DNA of 64,000 bases from the IMG/VR virus record IMGVR_UViG_3300031555_004891. One strand, written 5' to 3'. The translations under genes were made by a program, and so were the position numbers. Shown here in pieces: positions 33,400 to 44,327 of this stretch; the first letter of the stretch is position 1, and every line of letters begins with the position of its first letter. Source of the DNA: a virus (taxonomy: Duplodnaviria; Caudoviricetes). The notes beneath the pieces are model-generated. The model was not told where the DNA came from and made no database searches. It saw only the letters and a program-made list of their open reading frames with translations.

Positions 33400-33882
33400 A
33401 TGGCTACTAACTATGGGAAACAATTTGAGCAAAAAGTAAGAACAGCATTAGCTAAAATACCTGGTGTATCTGTTGATAGACTTTATGATACTCAAAATGG
33501 GTACAAATCTATAAGTTAGATTTCGGATTGCATAGCATATAAATATCCAGTATTAGTTTACTTAGAGTTGAAAAGTATTCATGGTAATACTTTTCCTCTA
33601 ACTAATTTACATCAATATCCTAAATTACTTACCAAAAAGGGTATTAAAGGCGTAAAAGCTGGTGTTTTAATTTGGTATGTGGATAATGATGTAGAGATTT
33701 TTGTTCCTATAAAATCTTTCGAGAGGATTGTAAAAGAAGGTCATAAATCAATAAATATAAAAACAATTGACCTAGAAGAATATGGAATAACAAAAATTCC
33801 AGCAATAAAGAAGCGAGTTTTTCTAGATTGTGATTATTCTTGCTTATTTGACTTTAATAAGGATGCTAACAATAATGATTGA
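33400..33882 (+). CDS. recU: RecU-like Holliday junction resolvase
   Basis: NYGKQFE...RLYD...[TAG]ISDC...YLELKS...HQ motifs after read-through. Confidence 0.75.
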
Positions 33883-34453
33883 ATTAAAAAATTTTGATAC
33901 TGATAAACTTGAGAATCTTATGACTAATATTGAAACTAATGTAGAATATTTTAATAAAACAGCAGCAGAAGCAGCAGCTAAATACACAGAAGATCTTGAT
34001 GGATTAATGAACGATTTGTATAGCGCTGTAACTCAAGAACATGAAGCAGAAACGCCAACCTTAGAGAGGTATTATCTTGAGCTTACTAATATGCTTTATT
34101 TCATGGCACAAAGAGTCGAGCAGCTTAATGTGTATGCTGATATGGCTAAAGCTCAAGCAAAAGAAGTTTATAATAAATCTTATTTGACAAACAGTGCTGC
34201 TAAGGATGAAAAAGGTAAATCTATGCGAACTGTTGCTGAAAATACAGCTTTAGCAGAAGAAGATTCTAAATATGAGAGTACTCTCGAAACTATTTATAAG
34301 AGCGCATATTCTGTTGCCAAAGCAAAAGTACAGGCTGGCTTTGAGATGGTAAATACGTTGAGAAAAATTCTCACAGTACGTGGCCTTGAAATGCAGTTAG
34401 GTTTGCAAAACACTCGCGGAGAGATGCCTCCAAGATTCGTGGAGGAAGATTGA
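33875..34453 (+). CDS. Hypothetical helical protein
   Basis: ATG 33875 after AAGGA; coiled-coil-like. Confidence 0.55.
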   Translation: MIELKNFDTDKLENLMTNIETNVEYFNKTAAEAAAKYTEDLDGLMNDLYSAVTQEHEAETPTLERYYLELTNMLYFMAQRVEQLNVYADMAKAQAKEVYNKSYLTNSAAKDEKGKSMRTVAENTALAEEDSKYESTLETIYKSAYSVAKAKVQAGFEMVNTLRKILTVRGLEMQLGLQNTRGEMPPRFVEED

Positions 34454-34968
34454 TGAAGTTTGAAAAAGTAAGTTTTAAGCGATTTTTACATGATTATGCT
34501 TATGCTTTAGATCTCGATCCTGATTGCTGCGATTTATCTGAAGAATTTATTGAAACGGCTAGACGCAGATATGATGCTATAAAATTACCAAAAAGAGCAA
34601 CTTCTGGATCTGCTGGTTATGATTTTTTCATTCCATATAAGCAAAAGTTTAATCATAAAATAGCGACTCTAATACCAACTGGAATAAGATTTAAATGTGA
34701 TCCAGATAAATATTTACCTATTTATCCTAGAAGTGGTTTAGGATTTAAATATGGTATGGCTTTAAGAAACACTGTTGGAATTATAGACCATGATTATTAT
34801 TTTTCTGATAATGAAGGTCATATAATGCTAAAAGTTATTTGTGATGAAGATTTTGAGCTTGAAGCTGGAAAGGGTATAGCTCAAGGAATTATATCTAACT
34901 ATTATAAAGTTGAAGATGATAGCACAGATGGAGAAAGAAATGGTGGATTCGGTTCAACAGGGATGTAA
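34450..34968 (+). CDS. dut: Trimeric dUTPase
   Basis: SAGYD, PRSG, GIIDHDY, IAQ, RNGGFGSTG motifs. Confidence 0.95.
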   Translation: MMKFEKVSFKRFLHDYAYALDLDPDCCDLSEEFIETARRRYDAIKLPKRATSGSAGYDFFIPYKQKFNHKIATLIPTGIRFKCDPDKYLPIYPRSGLGFKYGMALRNTVGIIDHDYYFSDNEGHIMLKVICDEDFELEAGKGIAQGIISNYYKVEDDSTDGERNGGFGSTGM

Positions 34969-35188
34969 AAATCCATTTGATTATATAGAGAATATAAAAG
35001 CTCTTGATCCTAATAAAATTTATTTTATAAACATGTCTTTTGAAGATAATCCTGGATTCGAATATAGATGTAAGATGGCTGAAGCTCTTCAAAGAGCTTT
35101 TCATGCATATGATATTGCTGTTATTATTAATCCAGGACCTTATGGTTGTAAAGTAGATTTTGTTCAAGAAAATTCAGAGAATGACTAA
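34940..35188 (+). CDS. Hypothetical protein (start uncertain)
   Basis: ORF overlapping dut end; GGAG before ATG 34940. Confidence 0.4.
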   Translation: MVDSVQQGCKNPFDYIENIKALDPNKIYFINMSFEDNPGFEYRCKMAEALQRAFHAYDIAVIINPGPYGCKVDFVQENSEND

Positions 35189-35205
35189 CTAATGTCATTC
35201 TTTTT
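35176..35205 (+). terminator. Rho-independent terminator
   Basis: AGAATGAC/GTCATTCT stem plus T run. Confidence 0.55.
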
Positions 35206-35228
35206 CTGTATAAAAATGTGGAGGTATA

Positions 35229-36395
35229 ATGACTAAGCTTGAAAAATTAGCATTAGAAATTGATTAGGATTTATTCTCAGATCTTTATTTGAAACAAAAT
35301 AAATCACAGAAGGATTTAGCGCAATATTTTAATGTAACAGTAAGAGATATTGAAGACTTATGTTTTTATTTCCACGCTATTAAGTTAAAGAAAAATTCAA
35401 AATTAGCGAATATTTTAAATAACTTAGATGCTGAAGCATTTATATCTGATAGACAGGTGTTAACATCAGCTGAACTAATAGTAAAATATGACTTAAAAAC
35501 ACATTATTAGTTATAGCGACTTGTTTTATGGACACATTGTTCTCTAACTGTTGAGCAGAAAAATCAAATAACAACACGAAAAATTCGGGAACAAACTGCA
35601 GATAAGAAATTATAGAATGTCTAGAAGTGTAATCAATCAAAAATAGAGCATTATGGATCTCTAGAAGAATGTAACAAACAATCTGTGATTAAAGTTCGAA
35701 AAACAAAACTGGATAGGTACAATGATCCTAAATATAATAATAGAGAAAAATCGAAGCAGACATGTTTTATTAAATATGGCGGACCCTCAAGCATGAATTC
35801 AGCAGAGGTTGTTTAGAAGGGTATGTAGACTAGAGAAAAACATGCTGGATCAATAGCTGCATCATATTCAGCAGGAAAGCTAAAGTAGCAAAAAACACTT
35901 AAAGAAAGATATGATGTAGATTATTTTGTACTACATCCAAAATGTAGATCTAAAATATAGCACACTAAGAATAGTAAACCAAATAAACGGTTCGCTAAAA
36001 TTTTAATAGAAAATAACATTGAGTTTGATCAAGAGTTTTTCCTTGAAAATAAATTTTATGATTTTAAAGTAAAAAATTATTTAATAGAAATAAATCCAGC
36101 GCCTACACATAATAGTTCTATTAATGTATTTGGATCTGATTAGCCTTTAGATAAGTACTATCATAGAAATAAATCTATGTTAGCTTTTAAGAATAATTAT
36201 ATTTGTATTCATGTTTGGGATTGGACAGATATAAATAGCGTATTAAGATTATTATGTACAGATATTTCATTAGATAAAATAATTTTCACAGAACCTTCTG
36301 TATATTATTATAATATAACAAAAAAGAAACTAACAGATATGTCAGATCCCAATGCTGTATAGATTTGGGATGATGGATTAAAAATAATGGAGTAA
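35229..36395 (+). CDS. Free-standing PD-(D/E)xK-type homing endonuclease-like protein (388 aa, code 15)
   Basis: 11 in-frame TAG; KQTCFIKYG / KTLKERY repeats, YDFKVKNYLIEINP..THNS, YHRNKS, CIHVWDW; GGAGG RBS. Confidence 0.7.
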
Positions 36396-36399
36396 TATA

Positions 36400-37575
36400 A
36401 TGGCAAAAGAATTTGAATCAGTGAAAGACGTATTAAAAGCAATAAACAAAAAATTTGGAGAAAATGTAGCTCAAGTTGGTGTACCTAAATTAAATGATTT
36501 TGGAACACTTTCTTTAGGTTCCCCATCATTAGATTTTTGTCTTTATAACAATCTAGTAGAAGGTAAGTTTGTAGAATTGAGCGGATTAGAGTCTTCTGGT
36601 AAGACTACCTTAGCATTCTTGATTGCTGCTAACTTTATAAAATCAGAACTTAGACGTAGACCAGATAACCCTAGAAAAATATTGTTTGTAGATGCAGAAG
36701 CAGCTTGCGATCCAGGTTGGGCGTATCAAGCTACTGGCTATGATATGAATGACACTAGAGTAGAGACTATTTATATACAGGGTGCTGGACAGACTGCAGA
36801 AGAGTATTTTGATATAGTTATGGATTTTGTAAAAACGGGTGAGATTGGGTTAGTTATTTTTGATTCTCTAACTATGTTAGCTAGCCAGCAAGTTGCTGAT
36901 GAATCCCTTGAAAAGAAGCAAATGGGTGGTATAGCATCAGTTTTAGGTGATTTTTGTAAAAGATCAGTTGGATTATTTAATCGTAACAGAACAACATTCA
37001 TTGGTATCAATGGGTTGACTGAAAATATTAGTGGTTATGGAGATCCGTTCCACACACCTGGTGGTAAGACATGGAAGCGTACCTGTATGGTTAGACTTCG
37101 TGTAAAACGAGGAGATTTCTTCGACGATGAAGGAAATGTTCTCATGAAAAAGGATGCGCAATCACCAGCAGGCCATGTCATCGAAATGTATGTTGAAAAA
37201 AGTAAGGTTGCAAAATGGGACAGAAAACTTGGATTTTGTCACTTAAATTATTCTAGAGGTGTTGATCTTATACAGGACACTATTGATGTAGCTATTTATT
37301 TTGGATTAATAGATAATAGCACTCAAGGTAGTTTTAAATTAGTTGATCCTGATACTGGTGAAATCCTTGTAGATGAAAATAATAATGAAATTAAAATTCG
37401 TGGCAAGAAAAATGTCAAACCCTTCTTTGAAGAAAGGCCAGAATTATTCAGAAGTCTTTATAATAAATGTTATGAAATGCTAAGTAGAAAAGAAGATCCA
37501 AACATTGTAGCTTTTGAAAAATTACTCGGTGTAGATGTTAACGAAGTTATTGGTACAGATTCTGATGAGGATTGA
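36400..37575 (+). CDS. recA: RecA-like recombinase
   Basis: GLESSGKTT, FVDAE, VIFDSL, TPGG motifs. Confidence 0.92.
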   Translation: MAKEFESVKDVLKAINKKFGENVAQVGVPKLNDFGTLSLGSPSLDFCLYNNLVEGKFVELSGLESSGKTTLAFLIAANFIKSELRRRPDNPRKILFVDAEAACDPGWAYQATGYDMNDTRVETIYIQGAGQTAEEYFDIVMDFVKTGEIGLVIFDSLTMLASQQVADESLEKKQMGGIASVLGDFCKRSVGLFNRNRTTFIGINGLTENISGYGDPFHTPGGKTWKRTCMVRLRVKRGDFFDDEGNVLMKKDAQSPAGHVIEMYVEKSKVAKWDRKLGFCHLNYSRGVDLIQDTIDVAIYFGLIDNSTQGSFKLVDPDTGEILVDENNNEIKIRGKKNVKPFFEERPELFRSLYNKCYEMLSRKEDPNIVAFEKLLGVDVNEVIGTDSDED

Positions 37576-37578
37576 TTT

Positions 37579-37869
37579 ATGAATACAGTAAACGAAATAG
37601 TTTTTTGCAAATCTGTTTATAATGATGATAGGGATAGGATGTATGATGCTATTAGAGATCAATTAAAAATTCTCATGGAGCAAGAATACATATGTACAGT
37701 TTATGATGACGATATTGATATTGTTGTTATTAAATTTGAACATAATGATAAAAAGGATTATTGGGGTTGTACAAATCCTTATTGGTTAACACCTAAAGAA
37801 GCTGAAGAAGTTGAATGCTACAGGGCCAGACTAGAAGCTGAAAATTCAAATGATTCAAGTGAAAAATAA
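37579..37869 (+). CDS. Hypothetical protein
   Basis: ORF with GAGG RBS. Confidence 0.55.
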   Translation: MNTVNEIVFCKSVYNDDRDRMYDAIRDQLKILMEQEYICTVYDDDIDIVVIKFEHNDKKDYWGCTNPYWLTPKEAEEVECYRARLEAENSNDSSEK

Positions 37870-37874
37870 TTTGT

Positions 37875-37942
37875 AGACGTTGGAAATCTTTTGAAATCCA
37901 ACGTCTTTTTTAGTTGATTTATTAAAAAATTTATATTATAAT
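37875..37942 (+). promoter_or_regulatory. Terminator followed by sigma70-type promoter
   Basis: AGACGTTGGA/TCCAACGTCT plus T run; TTGATT(37914)-N17-TATAAT(37937). Confidence 0.7.
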
Positions 37943-37976
37943 AAATGTATAAGATTATACTAGTGAGGTTTTAATT

Positions 37977-38171
37977 ATGAGAGATCCAAATAGAATTGAA
38001 ATTGTATTAGATCAAATTAAATATATTTGGAAAGAGGTTCCTGATTTAAGGTTGGGGCAACTTATATTAAATGTATTGCAAGATCCAGCATTATATTATG
38101 TAGAAGATGATCAATTAGTTGATTATTTGAAAAAGTTTTATATAAGGGAGGAAGATATAAGTGAAGCATAA
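37977..38171 (+). CDS. Small conserved phage protein (MRDPNRI...PDLRLGQL type)
   Basis: Recognisable MRDPNRI / W..PDLRLGQL / YYVED pattern. Confidence 0.7.
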   Translation: MRDPNRIEIVLDQIKYIWKEVPDLRLGQLILNVLQDPALYYVEDDQLVDYLKKFYIREEDISEA

Positions 38172-38433
38172 GATAATTATACATGTTGTAGAGATGGCTA
38201 CACATTTTACTGATGATGATTCAGATTATGTGAAGATTCCTATTGAAATTTGCGATAATGAAGATTCTGCTAGAGTTGCTTTAAGTACAGCAGTAGCAGC
38301 TTATTGTGAGAAATTTGATAATCCAGAAATAGATAATCATATAGAAGATGATATCATTGTTTATGAAGAGCCTGGTAAGAAATATCCATATGCAGAATTC
38401 TGGAGATATAAAGCAGAAGTGATACCCGAATAA
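38161..38433 (+). CDS. Hypothetical protein
   Basis: GTG start after GGAGG. Confidence 0.55.
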   Translation: MKHKIIIHVVEMATHFTDDDSDYVKIPIEICDNEDSARVALSTAVAAYCEKFDNPEIDNHIEDDIIVYEEPGKKYPYAEFWRYKAEVIPE

Positions 38434-39206
38434 TGGATTTGTTAACATGGTCAAAATTTAATTGCTATACTTTTTTTGAAAAAACACATCAATATTATTA
38501 TTATGATAAACCTGTAAAGACTTCTGTTACACAGTTTGTTAGCACATTCTTTGAGCCTTTCGATAAAGAAGCTGTAAGCTTAAAGTATGCTAAAAAACAC
38601 AAATTAAAGCAAGAAGAAGTTTTAGCTGAGTGGGATAAGCAAGGAAAAATCTCTACAATATCTGGAACTATAATACATGCTTTTCTAGAAGATTACGCTA
38701 GAGGAAAAGTTTTTGAGTTAGATTTTTCAGAAGCTATAGATGCTGGTTTAGAGCAAGAAGTTCGAGAGCGTGTAGACTTATTACTTCCTCAAGCTGAAAA
38801 TTTTCATTTTGAAACCTTAAATAAATTAATTCCTATACAATGCGAGTATACAGTTGGGATAGAAGATATAATTGCGGGAAATATAGATTTGCTTTGTTGG
38901 AACGTAAAAGCAGGTGAGTTTCAGATATGGGATTATAAGAATATAAAAGAAATGCGAGTGCAGAATGACTATAAGCAAAAAGCATTAAAAGAATTTTCTG
39001 CATATGATGATTGCAATTTAATTCATTATTCCATACAACAAAATTTGTATAAAGTTATGCTTCAAAGAAAACTCGGTATAAAAATAGGAAAATGTTATTT
39101 AGTTAAATTTTCACATTTAGCGAAAGACTTTGAGATATATCAATGTATTGATTTAGAAAAAGAATGCAATTTAGCTCTAGATAGGCTTATTATGGAGAAC
39201 AGATGA
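38433..39206 (+). CDS. PD-(D/E)xK exonuclease
   Basis: SVT, GTIIH, CEY, IAGNIDLL, IWDYK, YSIQ motifs. Confidence 0.85.
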   Translation: MDLLTWSKFNCYTFFEKTHQYYYYDKPVKTSVTQFVSTFFEPFDKEAVSLKYAKKHKLKQEEVLAEWDKQGKISTISGTIIHAFLEDYARGKVFELDFSEAIDAGLEQEVRERVDLLLPQAENFHFETLNKLIPIQCEYTVGIEDIIAGNIDLLCWNVKAGEFQIWDYKNIKEMRVQNDYKQKALKEFSAYDDCNLIHYSIQQNLYKVMLQRKLGIKIGKCYLVKFSHLAKDFEIYQCIDLEKECNLALDRLIMENR

Positions 39207-39207
39207 T

Positions 39208-39399
39208 ATGAATTATTTTATAGAAGCACAAAATCTATACACAACGCATCAACCACTAATTAATAAAGTAACAGATAGCATAGGTGATACTATAGCATAT
39301 AGTTTAAAGCATGTCTCATCGAATGCTTTTATAAATTACATAGATGATGAACTAGTAGAAGATGTTAGTTTTAGCAATAAGTGTGAGGTGGTACTTTGA
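39208..39399 (+). CDS. Hypothetical protein
   Basis: Short ORF coupled to neighbours. Confidence 0.45.
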   Translation: MNYFIEAQNLYTTHQPLINKVTDSIGDTIAYSLKHVSSNAFINYIDDELVEDVSFSNKCEVVL

Positions 39400-41249
39400 G
39401 TAAAGAATATGGTGCAGAAAGCATAAGAATACTAGGTGATGTACAGCACATACAACAACGACCTGGTATGTACATAGGGGAAGCAAATGACCCTAGAGCT
39501 TTATTATCTGAGATTTTTGATAACGCTATCGATGAGGTGCAAGCTGGCTTTAGCGATGAGTTAATTGTAGATATAGATACACATGAGAATAAATACACTG
39601 TTAGAGACTTCGGTAGGGGTATTCCTCATGGTAAGAAACTCTTAGAAAATGGTGAGGAAAAAGAAGTACTTGAAGTTCTGCTTACTAAGTCTCATAGCGG
39701 TGGTAAATTTGATAATTCTAGTTATAATTATTCCAGCGGCTTAAATGGTTTAGGTATGACTGTAACTAATGCTTTATCTAATGTTATTGAAATTGTTTCT
39801 CATAGGGATAAGAAATACGTAAAAGCTACATCTCATGGTGGAGCTGATTGTGTATTAGAATATGGGAACTCAGCTGAACGTAGAGGTACTAAAGTTACTT
39901 TTATACCTAATAAGAAGTACTTTCACACGGCTAAAATTCCTGTTGATTTTATAGAGCATAGATGTAAGATAGCAAGCGCTTTAGGTTTCAGAGCTAGATT
40001 AATTATCGATGGAAAAGAAGTTCCAACAGATTCTTCTATGTTTGATTTGATGAAAGAAGATAATGTTTCTACATATGTGCAAGTAACACCTTTTGAGTGC
40101 GTCTCAGAATCTGCTGAGAGAATGAAAGTAGCTATGAAATATGTATCTGAAACAAATGATAGATATTTTGGCTACACTAACTTGCTAAATAACTCATTAG
40201 GTGGAACACATGTTTCAGAATTATCTAAAACAATCATAAGTGCCTGGAAAGATTTTGTTGAAAAACATAAAAAGATAAAACCTGATATTGAGTTACACCC
40301 TTCTGATTATTTAGTTGGCTTGAGAGCCGTTTGTGCTGTTTTTATCAGTAAACCTGAGTTTTCTTCTCAAACAAAAGAAAAATTAGTTGTTAATAGAAAA
40401 TACTTTGAAGAGCTTATGGAATTGTTTAAAAGACAATTTATAAAGTATTTAGAAGAAAATATCGTTTTAGCTCAACAATTACTTAAACGTTTTGAAGAAT
40501 ATCGTATATCTCAGAATAATTTATTATCTAGAAAAGAAATAGGATCATTGATAAAAGTTAACGAAGATTCTAGTGATAATATTCGAAGAAGAAGTGTTGT
40601 AAGTAAATTAGTAGAATGTACATCTAAAAAGCGTTCCGGAACAGAATTATTCTTAGTTGAGGGTAACTCAGCTATGGGACCTTATCTGTTTACTAGAAAT
40701 AAAGAAACTCAAGCTATTCTTCCACTTAGAGGTAAGATACTCAATGTTACGTATAAATCTATAAAAGAAGCTGTACAGAATAAAGAAATTTGTGATATTG
40801 CAAACAGTATTGGCTGCGGTATTGGCGGTGCGTGTGATGCTTCAAAAAGCAGGTATGATCGAATTATAATCAGTGCAGACGCCGATGAAGATGGTAAGCA
40901 AATCGCCTGCTTAGTTTTATCCGTTTTTGTAAATATGTTTCCAGACTTAGTAAAAGCTGGCAGAGTATATGTTTCGTTACCACCTTTATATTGTTGGGGA
41001 AATTCGATAAAAGATTATGGTTGGTGCAATGATATACATGATGTTCCAGCTAATGTTAAAAATATGCATAGATTTAAAGGTCTAGGTGAAATGCAAACAG
41101 ACCAGCTAGAATATTTCTTAGTTAATCCAGAAACTAGAAATGTTATGCAAGTCCAGTACCCATCTGATATCGATAGATTTAACGAAATATTAGGGTCAAG
41201 CGCAGGTAAAAATAGCCTTATGAAAGAATTGGGGGTAATTGTAAGCTAA
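39396..41249 (+). CDS. Type IIA topoisomerase subunit B (GyrB/ParE-like)
   Basis: RPGMYIG, EIFDNAIDE, DFGRGIP, EGNSA, PLRGKILN, DADEDG, RFKGLGEM. Confidence 0.95.
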   Translation: MSKEYGAESIRILGDVQHIQQRPGMYIGEANDPRALLSEIFDNAIDEVQAGFSDELIVDIDTHENKYTVRDFGRGIPHGKKLLENGEEKEVLEVLLTKSHSGGKFDNSSYNYSSGLNGLGMTVTNALSNVIEIVSHRDKKYVKATSHGGADCVLEYGNSAERRGTKVTFIPNKKYFHTAKIPVDFIEHRCKIASALGFRARLIIDGKEVPTDSSMFDLMKEDNVSTYVQVTPFECVSESAERMKVAMKYVSETNDRYFGYTNLLNNSLGGTHVSELSKTIISAWKDFVEKHKKIKPDIELHPSDYLVGLRAVCAVFISKPEFSSQTKEKLVVNRKYFEELMELFKRQFIKYLEENIVLAQQLLKRFEEYRISQNNLLSRKEIGSLIKVNEDSSDNIRRRSVVSKLVECTSKKRSGTELFLVEGNSAMGPYLFTRNKETQAILPLRGKILNVTYKSIKEAVQNKEICDIANSIGCGIGGACDASKSRYDRIIISADADEDGKQIACLVLSVFVNMFPDLVKAGRVYVSLPPLYCWGNSIKDYGWCNDIHDVPANVKNMHRFKGLGEMQTDQLEYFLVNPETRNVMQVQYPSDIDRFNEILGSSAGKNSLMKELGVIVS

Positions 41250-42619
41250 TGAATGAAATCAGAACAATAGATGCTTTAGAGATGGCTCAAAATAATTATA
41301 AAGATTACTCTTTATATGTAGCTCAAGGTAGAGCTTATCCAGCATTAAAAGATGGTTTGAAATCATCTTACAGAAGAGCAATTTACGGTATGTACTTAAA
41401 TAACACGCATAAGACTGTAAAAGTAGCAGAATTAGCTGCTCATGCTCTTCCATATCACCCACATCCCAGCTCAGTTTCAGGTGTAATTGTACAATTAGGT
41501 GAGGGTGGTAATAAACTTAAACTTATGGAAACTCAAGGTAACTGGGGTAATAGTGCTCGAGATATCGAAGCTTCTGCTGATAGATATATTGGTGGTTATT
41601 TATCTACGCTAGCTGAGTCCTTGTTATGTGATTCTGTAGAATATTCTAATTTTATAAAAGGTGAGATAGATAAAGATGAACCAGAAGCCTTACCTGTTTT
41701 ATTACCTACCTGCTTTATAAATGGTATGAAAGGTATTCCATCTGGTCTTCCAACATTAAATATACCAACAATAGATATTTCAGGAATGATAGATTATTAT
41801 TTAGAAATTTTAGCAGCAAAAGATTTAGACTATGCACCTAAAAAATTTCCTAAAGCTAATTATGACTGCGATATTGTATCCACAAAAGATGATTGGAATC
41901 AGGTTATGCTAACTGGAAAAGGTACAATTAGATTTGCACCAAAGATGTCTATCGAGGGTAATGTAATTACTATAACTTGCTTACCTTCTGGTAAAAATAT
42001 AGAGCATGTAAGAAAAATAGTTGAAAAAGAAATCCTTTTGGACAAAATTGATGTCAGAGATGAATCAACAAAAGATATCTGTATTGTAATAGAAAAAGTT
42101 CCGCATAAACAACAAAATATGCAAGAACTTTATAAAAAGCTTTATAATAAACTTCAAACAAATGAAACTTTTAATATGGCTTTTTATGATGAAGATAAAG
42201 TATATGTTCCATGCGGCTTTGATAAGGTAGTAAAAGCAAATTTAAGTTATTTGATAGCTACACACAAAAATAGAATAGCACATCAATTAGAAGATTTGAA
42301 ATTAAAACTTCGAGTTTTAGAGATTATTGAGAGCTTGAAAAAGGGTAATAATATAAAACCTTTAGTTGATATGACTAATAAAGAAGCTATAGAATTCATT
42401 TGTGAAAAATATAAAACAATTGAAGATGTAGCATCTAAAGTTATGCAAAAACCATTATCTTATTTAACTAAAGAACATTTAGTTGAGATAGAAGATTTAA
42501 AGCAAAAGATAAGTGATTTAAATACTGATGATAAAGATATATATGAATTTTTATCTAAAAAATATAAAGCTATTAAAAAAGATATAACAAAAGCTTTGAG
42601 GAAACAAAATGGCGAATAA
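41249..42619 (+). CDS. Type IIA topoisomerase subunit A (GyrA/ParC-like, no C-terminal pinwheel)
   Basis: DGLK..YRR, YHPH, SADRY active-site Tyr; only 456 aa. Confidence 0.9.
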   Translation: MNEIRTIDALEMAQNNYKDYSLYVAQGRAYPALKDGLKSSYRRAIYGMYLNNTHKTVKVAELAAHALPYHPHPSSVSGVIVQLGEGGNKLKLMETQGNWGNSARDIEASADRYIGGYLSTLAESLLCDSVEYSNFIKGEIDKDEPEALPVLLPTCFINGMKGIPSGLPTLNIPTIDISGMIDYYLEILAAKDLDYAPKKFPKANYDCDIVSTKDDWNQVMLTGKGTIRFAPKMSIEGNVITITCLPSGKNIEHVRKIVEKEILLDKIDVRDESTKDICIVIEKVPHKQQNMQELYKKLYNKLQTNETFNMAFYDEDKVYVPCGFDKVVKANLSYLIATHKNRIAHQLEDLKLKLRVLEIIESLKKGNNIKPLVDMTNKEAIEFICEKYKTIEDVASKVMQKPLSYLTKEHLVEIEDLKQKISDLNTDDKDIYEFLSKKYKAIKKDITKALRKQNGE

Positions 42620-42959
42620 GAATGAAAACTCAACTAGATTTTATAGTGATGCTCATGAAAAAAGCGTTTGTAAAGCTTTAGGTGCTAGACAACAGTTAAA
42701 TTCTGGTGCTGGTAAGTTTGGAAAAGGTGATGTTATTACTGATAGCTTTCTTATCGAATGTAAAACTGTTATGAAACCGAAAGATTCTGTATCAATTAAA
42801 AAAGAATGGGTTGAGAAGAATAAGCAAGAAGCATTTAGCATAAGAAGACCGAATCAAGCTATCTGTATAAATTTTGAACCAGGTGGTTCTAACTATTACT
42901 TGATAAATGAGCGCTTGATGAAATTCTTAGTAGAAAAAATTTCTGAAGAAGATAATTAA
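42609..42959 (+). CDS. Holliday junction resolvase-like PD-(D/E)xK nuclease
   Basis: HE...NSGAG...GDV...LIECK. Confidence 0.75.
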   Translation: MANKNENSTRFYSDAHEKSVCKALGARQQLNSGAGKFGKGDVITDSFLIECKTVMKPKDSVSIKKEWVEKNKQEAFSIRRPNQAICINFEPGGSNYYLINERLMKFLVEKISEEDN

Positions 42960-42964
42960 AACAG

Positions 42965-42993
42965 TTGATTTATTTCATAATATATTATATAAT
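42965..42993 (+). promoter_or_regulatory. Sigma70-type promoter
   Basis: TTGATT-N17-TATAAT. Confidence 0.65.
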
Positions 42994-43015
42994 ATTTATA
43001 AGAATGAGGTGTATT

Positions 43016-43273
43016 ATGAAATATTTTAAAGTTAAAGATAAAAAATTAGCTGTTGAAAAATTAGCTCATGCAATGCTTGAGATTCGAGATGCTTCAGGTA
43101 AATATGTGAAAACTATACAACCATATACACCTATGACAAAAATAATTGATGAAATTAAAAATAGTTGGAAAAAAGATTTTAAAGTGCATTTCATAACATA
43201 TGCTTATGGTGATGTTGGAAATGTTTATGAAATTTTTGATGGTAAACAGTCATTATTTGCACCTAATTTGTAA
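43016..43273 (+). CDS. Hypothetical early protein
   Basis: ATG after GAGGT downstream of promoter. Confidence 0.55.
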   Translation: MKYFKVKDKKLAVEKLAHAMLEIRDASGKYVKTIQPYTPMTKIIDEIKNSWKKDFKVHFITYAYGDVGNVYEIFDGKQSLFAPNL

Positions 43274-43302
43274 TTAATATAATACTTGGAGGTATTTTTT
43301 AT

Positions 43303-43686
43303 ATGTGTTTGATTTTTAGCAAGAAAGCGAGAAAAGAATATAAAGCTCGCAAAACGGTCCTTAAGATGGATGATGCAACGATTGATGCGAAGGTTAAGAT
43401 TCAAGGAACGCCTTACGATAGAAAGCGTAAGTATGGTCCAGAAATTCTCAACGCAATTCAATTAGAGTTTAATAACGGCGTAAAAGTAGCAGATATTGCG
43501 AAAAAGTACAACATGAGCTCTACTGTAGTCAGGTACAATGTTGATTCTGAGTTTAAGAAAGCTCATAACGCTAAAAGAAAGAAAGGCGCGCATGGAATTG
43601 GACCTATGGATTTCGACAACAGAGTTACATATAAAAGAAAATTGGTTAAGGATAAGAAAATCAGCGTAGCAGGATTAGTGGAATGA
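43303..43686 (+). CDS. Basic HTH DNA-binding protein
   Basis: VADIAKKYNMSSTVVRY helix-turn-helix. Confidence 0.6.
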   Translation: MCLIFSKKARKEYKARKTVLKMDDATIDAKVKIQGTPYDRKRKYGPEILNAIQLEFNNGVKVADIAKKYNMSSTVVRYNVDSEFKKAHNAKRKKGAHGIGPMDFDNRVTYKRKLVKDKKISVAGLVE

Positions 43687-44327
43687 AAGCATTAAACATT
43701 GAAAATAACAAATATCGATTTATCGAATTGTTAAATAAAATCACACGTGATGGAGCAGATATTTCTGGCTTTATCTATAAGTTAGATCATTCTGACTTTT
43801 TTCAAGCACCATGCTCTACTGTTTATCATCTAAATATAGAAGGTGGATTATGTTTACATTGCTTAAACGTCTATGATCAAATTGTTAAACTTGCAGATAT
43901 GTTTTGTCCAGGTCAATACTCAGAGGAAACCTTAATTATAGTTGCTCTTTGTCATGATATGGATAAAATGAACAAATATGAGCCATATTTCAAAAATGTA
44001 AAAGATTATTGTGAAAATGGGTCTAAAAAAGATGATGCAGGTAGATTTGAGTGGAAAACAGAAAAAGCTTATAAAGTAAAAGATAATGATAATAGATTTG
44101 TTTATGGTCATCATGGACAAAATTCTGAGTACATTACTAGCACATATATTCCACTTAAGTTCGAAGAAAGTGTGGCGATTGTAAATCATTCTGGTGGCGA
44201 TGACCAGTATAAGCCTTATGATATGAGTACAATTTTTAATAAATATGATTTAGCGGTATTACTTCATATGGCTGATTTTATAAGCACATACATTATCGAA
44301 CCTCGATTAGAGAAGGCTGATGAATAA
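43683..44327 (+). CDS. HD-domain phosphohydrolase
   Basis: APCSTVYH...GGLCLH, LCHD, HG..S, LHMAD. Confidence 0.85.
   Translation: MKALNIENNKYRFIELLNKITRDGADISGFIYKLDHSDFFQAPCSTVYHLNIEGGLCLHCLNVYDQIVKLADMFCPGQYSEETLIIVALCHDMDKMNKYEPYFKNVKDYCENGSKKDDAGRFEWKTEKAYKVKDNDNRFVYGHHGQNSEYITSTYIPLKFEESVAIVNHSGGDDQYKPYDMSTIFNKYDLAVLLHMADFISTYIIEPRLEKADE

Noticed and set aside
41249-42619. True supercoiling gyrase
   Set aside because: A subunit is 456 aa with no C-terminal pinwheel or GyrA box; more likely a relaxing/decatenating enzyme
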